Origin: an uncultured virus (IMG/VR IMGVR_UViG_3300013137_000012)
Lineage: Duplodnaviria > Heunggongvirae > Uroviricota > Caudoviricetes
Virus record (IMG/VR): IMGVR_UViG_3300013137_000012
DNA length: 20,000 bases
Strand: one strand, 5' to 3'
The notes under the pieces: generated by a model
The model's database searches: none
Seen by the model: the letters and a program-made list of their open reading frames with translations, nothing else
Told to the model about the DNA's origin: nothing
Program-made: the position numbers and the translations under genes
Shown: positions 16,089 to 20,000 of the stretch, one piece after another
How positions within the stretch are numbered: the stretch's first letter is position 1
Layout of the letters: every line of letters starts with the position of its first letter

Positions 16089-16625
16089 ATGGATATAATT
16101 TTCAGTAGAGACTGGGCTATGCCGAATTTAGATACCTTTTCTGTTAAGCCCATAGGTGATTTTGTCAAAAAGTATCTAAAAGAAAATATTATTTCTGTAG
16201 ATCCTTTTGCTAGAGATAAAGATTGGTTTACTTATACTAATGACTTAAATCCGAATACCAAAGCGCAATATCACTTAGATGCCGAAGAGTTTTGTAAAGT
16301 TTTGCAGGATAAAGGGTTAAAGGGTAAAGTAGATTTGGGAATTATGGATTCTCCGTATTCGCCCCGTCAAATTTCGGAGTGTTATAAACAAATCGGTAAG
16401 AAGGTTGCAATGGAAGATACACAATCATCTTTACTATATAAACGTGTTAGAGATGCTTTAGATCCTCTTATAAAAGAGAACGGTATTGTATTGAGTTTTG
16501 GATGGAATACTGTTGGCATGGGAATTAAACGTGGCTATGAAATAATTGAAATAAAATTGGTTTGTCATGGCGGTGCTCATAATGACACGATTTGCATGGC
16601 CGAAATTAAAAATTCCGTAATATAA
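16089..16625 (+). CDS. Small adenine-specific DNA methylase-like protein (catalytic motif DSPY instead of DPPY)
   Basis: VDPFA (SAM-binding motif I-like), NDLNP, DSPYSPRQISECY, SFGWN, LVCHGGAHNDTI. Confidence 0.75.
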   Translation: MDIIFSRDWAMPNLDTFSVKPIGDFVKKYLKENIISVDPFARDKDWFTYTNDLNPNTKAQYHLDAEEFCKVLQDKGLKGKVDLGIMDSPYSPRQISECYKQIGKKVAMEDTQSSLLYKRVRDALDPLIKENGIVLSFGWNTVGMGIKRGYEIIEIKLVCHGGAHNDTICMAEIKNSVI

Positions 16626-16633
16626 AATTAATA

Positions 16634-16662
16634 TTGACCTATTTAACACCCTATGATATGTT
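16634..16662 (+). promoter_or_regulatory. Sigma70-like extended -10 promoter P5
   Basis: TTGACC (16634-16639), 17-bp spacer ending TGa, TATGTT (16657-16662). Confidence 0.65.
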
Positions 16663-16686
16663 GTATCCGAAAGTGAAAAGTGTATC

Positions 16687-17175
16687 ATGGACAAGGCCGG
16701 AATATTACTTGGAAGATTTCAACCTCCACATTTGGGACATTTTCAATTAATACAGGAAATTTCTTATGAAAATGATGTGCTAATTATATGTATAGGTTCT
16801 TCTCAACTATCTGTTCCTTTCAATATAAATCAACGAAAAACAATTATAAGAAGGCAATTAGATAAACTTAATATAACCAACTATAAACTATATTCTTTTA
16901 AAGATCCTATGCCTATTGATTCATGGGTAAAAGTACTATATAAAACTTGTAATTTGTCACAATATGAACCTGTTACTTTATATCGTTCAGATAGAGATTT
17001 AGAATCGTTTGAAGAAGAAATATGGGACTTAAACATAAGGATTAAGTATGTAGCACGTAAACCCTTTTATTATTTAACAAGTGATGGATTTTATGTAAAG
17101 ATAAATTCTGCAACCGACTTAAGAAATATAGAGAAAAATATACGCTATAATGGAACGTGCTATTATGGAAAATAA
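16687..17175 (+). CDS. HxGH-class nucleotidyltransferase (NadM/NMN adenylyltransferase- or cytidylyltransferase-like)
   Basis: GRFQPPHLGH, IICIGSSQ, PF...R..II, C-terminal NSATDLR (SxT motif). Substrate cannot be assigned from sequence. Confidence 0.85.
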   Translation: MDKAGILLGRFQPPHLGHFQLIQEISYENDVLIICIGSSQLSVPFNINQRKTIIRRQLDKLNITNYKLYSFKDPMPIDSWVKVLYKTCNLSQYEPVTLYRSDRDLESFEEEIWDLNIRIKYVARKPFYYLTSDGFYVKINSATDLRNIEKNIRYNGTCYYGK

Positions 17176-18496
17176 ACTACATGGCAAATTAACATGGAGT
17201 GATTTTAATCCTGTTGATATTAGAAGCAATAAAAAGAATGACAGGATTATTGGTCTTACTTTTCCCATAAGCGATAAAAAATTAGGATTAGAGCCTTCAG
17301 TATTATCTGTATTGCCTGATGGAGATAATGTTGAATATTCGTGTGAAAACAGAATATTTAATGACAAAGATGTTAAATATTATGTCTGTTCAGTGTATAT
17401 AAGTGGTTATGAAGAATTTATTAAATGGTCATTACAACACGATAATAAAAAAATTATAGTGGGCGGTTATCATCCTACTACTTTTCCTAATGATTTTATT
17501 AAATATGCTGCTAAAATTGTTCAAGGTCCATGTGATGATTTTTATGCTACAATAGAACAAGTTGGACAAATAGTATCCGGTATAGTAACTCATAAGCATA
17601 TACCCCGAAGAGATTTATATGATCTGCGAATAAATCAGCAAATAATACCTGATAAGATGCCAGATGATATGGTTGCTTCAATTAATACTTCTATGGGTTG
17701 TGCAAATAATCCACCTTGTGATTTTTGTGCCAGTCCAATAATGTGTTCAAAAGTTATGTCCAGACCCATTGAAATTATTGAAAAAGAACTATATGACATA
17801 GAACACCAAGCGATTCGTTTTTTGGATTTTTTATTTATACGCGATGAGAATTTTACTATGCAACCTGATTGGGATATACGGTTAAAGCTTATTCATAATA
17901 TTTTTCCTATGACCAAATTATATCTTTTTGCTTCTGCTAATACATTAAACGAAGCTAAAATAAAATTTATGAAATCTCAAAATGTCTATATGTTATGTTT
18001 GGGATTAGAAGATCCTACTAAACAATATAAGAAAAATGAATCGTTAGATAGTGTTGTTGCTTTATTGAAAAAATATAAAATAATGACATATTTATCTTTT
18101 ATTGTTAACCCTTTAGAGATAATTGGAGCATCGGCAGGTAAAAATTATTATAAGATATTGATGAACAGAATTGAAGATTTAAAGCCTGAAATGATATGTG
18201 GTAATTTTCTAATGCCATTTCCAGGTACAAAATTATGGGATACTTATTATACTTATGTGGATATAGAGGATTATAAGTATTATGATTCCAAGACGCCTTT
18301 TTTGATACGTAATAAAACCGTTAGAGAGAAGATGAGATTCTTTATGTTTTTCTATCAATGGCAGTATTATATGTCTGATTTTTATAATACTAAGATAAGA
18401 AAATTTAATATTGGAGATACATTAAATCGTCGTTTTATAGAACTCAAGAAAGAATTTGATCAATTATATGAAGTTTATTGGGATAAAAGAGCATGA
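17150..18496 (+). CDS. Cobalamin-binding-domain radical SAM protein (class B-like) with CX5CX2C motif
   Basis: IIVGGYHPTTFP (B12-domain motif), TSMGCANNPPCDFC, DENFT, LGLED, PFPGTKLWD. Start 17150 or 17165, overlapping the upstream gene. Confidence 0.85.
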   Translation: MERAIMENKLHGKLTWSDFNPVDIRSNKKNDRIIGLTFPISDKKLGLEPSVLSVLPDGDNVEYSCENRIFNDKDVKYYVCSVYISGYEEFIKWSLQHDNKKIIVGGYHPTTFPNDFIKYAAKIVQGPCDDFYATIEQVGQIVSGIVTHKHIPRRDLYDLRINQQIIPDKMPDDMVASINTSMGCANNPPCDFCASPIMCSKVMSRPIEIIEKELYDIEHQAIRFLDFLFIRDENFTMQPDWDIRLKLIHNIFPMTKLYLFASANTLNEAKIKFMKSQNVYMLCLGLEDPTKQYKKNESLDSVVALLKKYKIMTYLSFIVNPLEIIGASAGKNYYKILMNRIEDLKPEMICGNFLMPFPGTKLWDTYYTYVDIEDYKYYDSKTPFLIRNKTVREKMRFFMFFYQWQYYMSDFYNTKIRKFNIGDTLNRRFIELKKEFDQLYEVYWDKRA

Positions 18497-19083
18497 AAAT
18501 AGTTGTTATTAATGGAAGTTATAGAAAAAATGGGTTCACTACTGCCTGTTTAAACGCTATTATTAAAAAGAAATATCCCAAAGATAATATAGTTAATTTC
18601 TTCCTTCAAAATGATATACATGCCTGTCAGTATTGTAAGAAATGTGAAGAGTGGTGTAGATATGAAGATCAATTCCAGAAGATAGTTAAAGAGATAATTG
18701 ATGCCAATATAGTATTAATTGGATCTCCTGTTTATAACGATATGCCAACTCCCAAGTTAATGGCTTTTCTTTCCCGATTATCTTTTATTGCTGAGAGAAA
18801 ACATAGAGAATTTACTAAAAATACACAGGTAGAAATATTGGCTGTTGGTTATTGTAGCGGCACCAAATCAACAATACATTCAATAATGGGAGCGTGTGAA
18901 ATGGCAGGATTTGATATAATGGGACGTTCTACCAGAGAATATGTAATTTTGTGGAAAGATGGTAAAATAAGAGGTGGAAGAAACGCACAAGATACAATCA
19001 TATTAGATAATAATGTTTTGAACAAATTGAATAAACAGTATCTTGACTCCGATTATTTCAAACACATGCTTAATAAAAAATAA
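18493..19083 (+). CDS. Flavodoxin-fold iron-sulfur flavoprotein / NAD(P)H-dependent FMN reductase family
   Basis: INGSYRKNGFT (FMN phosphate loop), CQYCKKCEEWC (CX2CX2CX3C), IGSPVY; ATGA overlap with the radical SAM gene. Confidence 0.88.
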   Translation: MKIVVINGSYRKNGFTTACLNAIIKKKYPKDNIVNFFLQNDIHACQYCKKCEEWCRYEDQFQKIVKEIIDANIVLIGSPVYNDMPTPKLMAFLSRLSFIAERKHREFTKNTQVEILAVGYCSGTKSTIHSIMGACEMAGFDIMGRSTREYVILWKDGKIRGGRNAQDTIILDNNVLNKLNKQYLDSDYFKHMLNKK

Positions 19084-19103
19084 AAATTGTAATATTTTTG
19101 ATA

Positions 19104-19132
19104 TTGACGTGTTTTATGGCTCGTGATACCAT
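19104..19132 (+). promoter_or_regulatory. Sigma70-like extended -10 promoter P6
   Basis: TTGACG (19104-19109), 17-bp spacer ending TGa, TACCAT (19127-19132). Confidence 0.7.
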
Positions 19133-19153
19133 GTAGCTAACAATAGGTAAATT

Positions 19154-19348
19154 ATGATTGAAATTTCTAAAGGCAAAGTGATTGATATGGGACATTGTAA
19201 TTGTTGTCCTGCTACTAGTGTTTATGATAATGTGTATGAAATAGTGTTAATAATTGACGGTATGAAACAAAGTGTGTCTTTCAGGCTTTGTTTGCAGCAT
19301 TTGAAAGAACTGGAATCAAAAATAAAATACGTAAAGAGGTTTGGATAA
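19154..19348 (+). CDS. Small Zn-binding-like hypothetical protein (CNCC...CLQH)
   Basis: 64-aa ORF, RBS AGGT, TAATG overlap with the RNA ligase gene. Confidence 0.7.
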   Translation: MIEISKGKVIDMGHCNCCPATSVYDNVYEIVLIIDGMKQSVSFRLCLQHLKELESKIKYVKRFG

Positions 19349-20000
19349 TGGATACTAAACTTGCTACAATTCAAGAAATAGAAACTTTAAGCCCTATTCC
19401 TGATGCTGATAGAATTGAGGTTGCAACTATTAAAGGAATGGCGTGGAAAGTCGTAGTGAAGAAAAATGAATTCAAGGTTGGTGATCCATGTATTTATTGT
19501 ATGATCGATACTGTATTGCCTGAAAAACCCGAATTTGAATTTCTTAAAAAAGTAAAATATAGAATAAAGACCTGTAAGCTAAAAAAAACCGTTTCGCAGG
19601 GTATTATTTTCCCATTATCTATTATTCCTCCTAATACTTATACACTTAATCAGGACGTGTCAGAAATTTTGGGCATAAAAAAATACTTAAAAGAGATTCC
19701 TGCAAGTATGTCGGGAGAAATAAAAGGTAATTTCCCCTCTTATGTACCGAAAACAGATGGAATATTAGTAGAATCTGTAGTAGGCGTGTTAGATGAAATA
19801 AAGAATTTAGAAGTATATATAACTATTAAGTGCGATGGAACTTCTGCTACTTATTCTAATTTGAATGGAGAAATAGATGTGTGTTCTCGCAATTGGTCTA
19901 TGAAAAAGCCAGAAGATATCAAATCAAACGTATATTGGGAAATGGAAAACAAGTATAATATTATAGAAAAACTTAAAAGTGCTGGTAATTATGCTATTTC
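19348..20000 (+). CDS. RNA ligase, DRB0094/Rnl5-like family (5' part; runs off the window, absent from the ORF track)
   Basis: Open frame from ATG 19348: KLATIQEIETLSPIPDADRIEVA...WKVVVKKNEFKVGD...IDTVLP...SQG...GNFPSYVPKTD...ITIKCDGTS...VCSRN. KxDG adenylation motif plus the family's N-terminal OB-like domain. Confidence 0.88.
   Translation, partial: MDTKLATIQEIETLSPIPDADRIEVATIKGMAWKVVVKKNEFKVGDPCIYCMIDTVLPEKPEFEFLKKVKYRIKTCKLKKTVSQGIIFPLSIIPPNTYTLNQDVSEILGIKKYLKEIPASMSGEIKGNFPSYVPKTDGILVESVVGVLDEIKNLEVYITIKCDGTSATYSNLNGEIDVCSRNWSMKKPEDIKSNVYWEMENKYNIIEKLKSAGNYAI

Noticed and set aside
565..17367. All minus-strand ORFs in the track (565, 714, 5917, 6649, 7124, 7306, 7675, 8412, 9666, 10056, 14993, 16458, 17119)
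   Set aside because: Each overlaps well-supported + strand genes or promoters, has Ser/Leu/Phe/Ile-rich antisense composition and shows no motifs.
1..20000. Stop-codon reassignment (code 15 or 4), as in some large phages
   Set aside because: Coding density is high under the standard code, and TAA, TAG and TGA all end genes at sensible boundaries.
1..20000. tRNA, rRNA, CRISPR arrays, reverse transcriptase/retron or DGR repeats
   Set aside because: Intergenic gaps are short and explained by promoters or IS ends; no cloverleaf, periodic repeat or RT motif was seen by eye.

Overview
AT-rich window with densely packed genes, all on the + strand, standard genetic code, and many overlapping stop/start junctions. 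It looks like an early/accessory region of a large (jumbo-type) bacteriophage, probably with an anaerobic bacterial host (inference). Recognisable genes: NAD+-dependent DNA ligase, DUF932-family protein, an RlaP/YcgL-type Pol-beta nucleotidyltransferase split by a LAGLIDADG intein, a small adenine-MTase-like gene, and a 3'-truncated DRB0094-type RNA ligase. Mobile DNA: (i) a complete IS200/IS605 element (tnpA+tnpB, 3100-4976) whose ends and empty site can be reconstructed exactly; (ii) a ~150-bp IS607-like tnpB 3'-end/omegaRNA remnant (8008-8158), missed by the ORF track, inside a broken gene. Six sigma70-like extended -10 promoters with an exact 17-bp spacer divide the window into operons. 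The best candidate for a new system is a separately promoted three-gene operon (16687-19083): HxGH nucleotidyltransferase, cobalamin-type radical SAM enzyme with a non-canonical CX5CX2C motif, and an iron-sulfur flavoprotein. All family assignments come from reading motifs by eye; no database searches were run.
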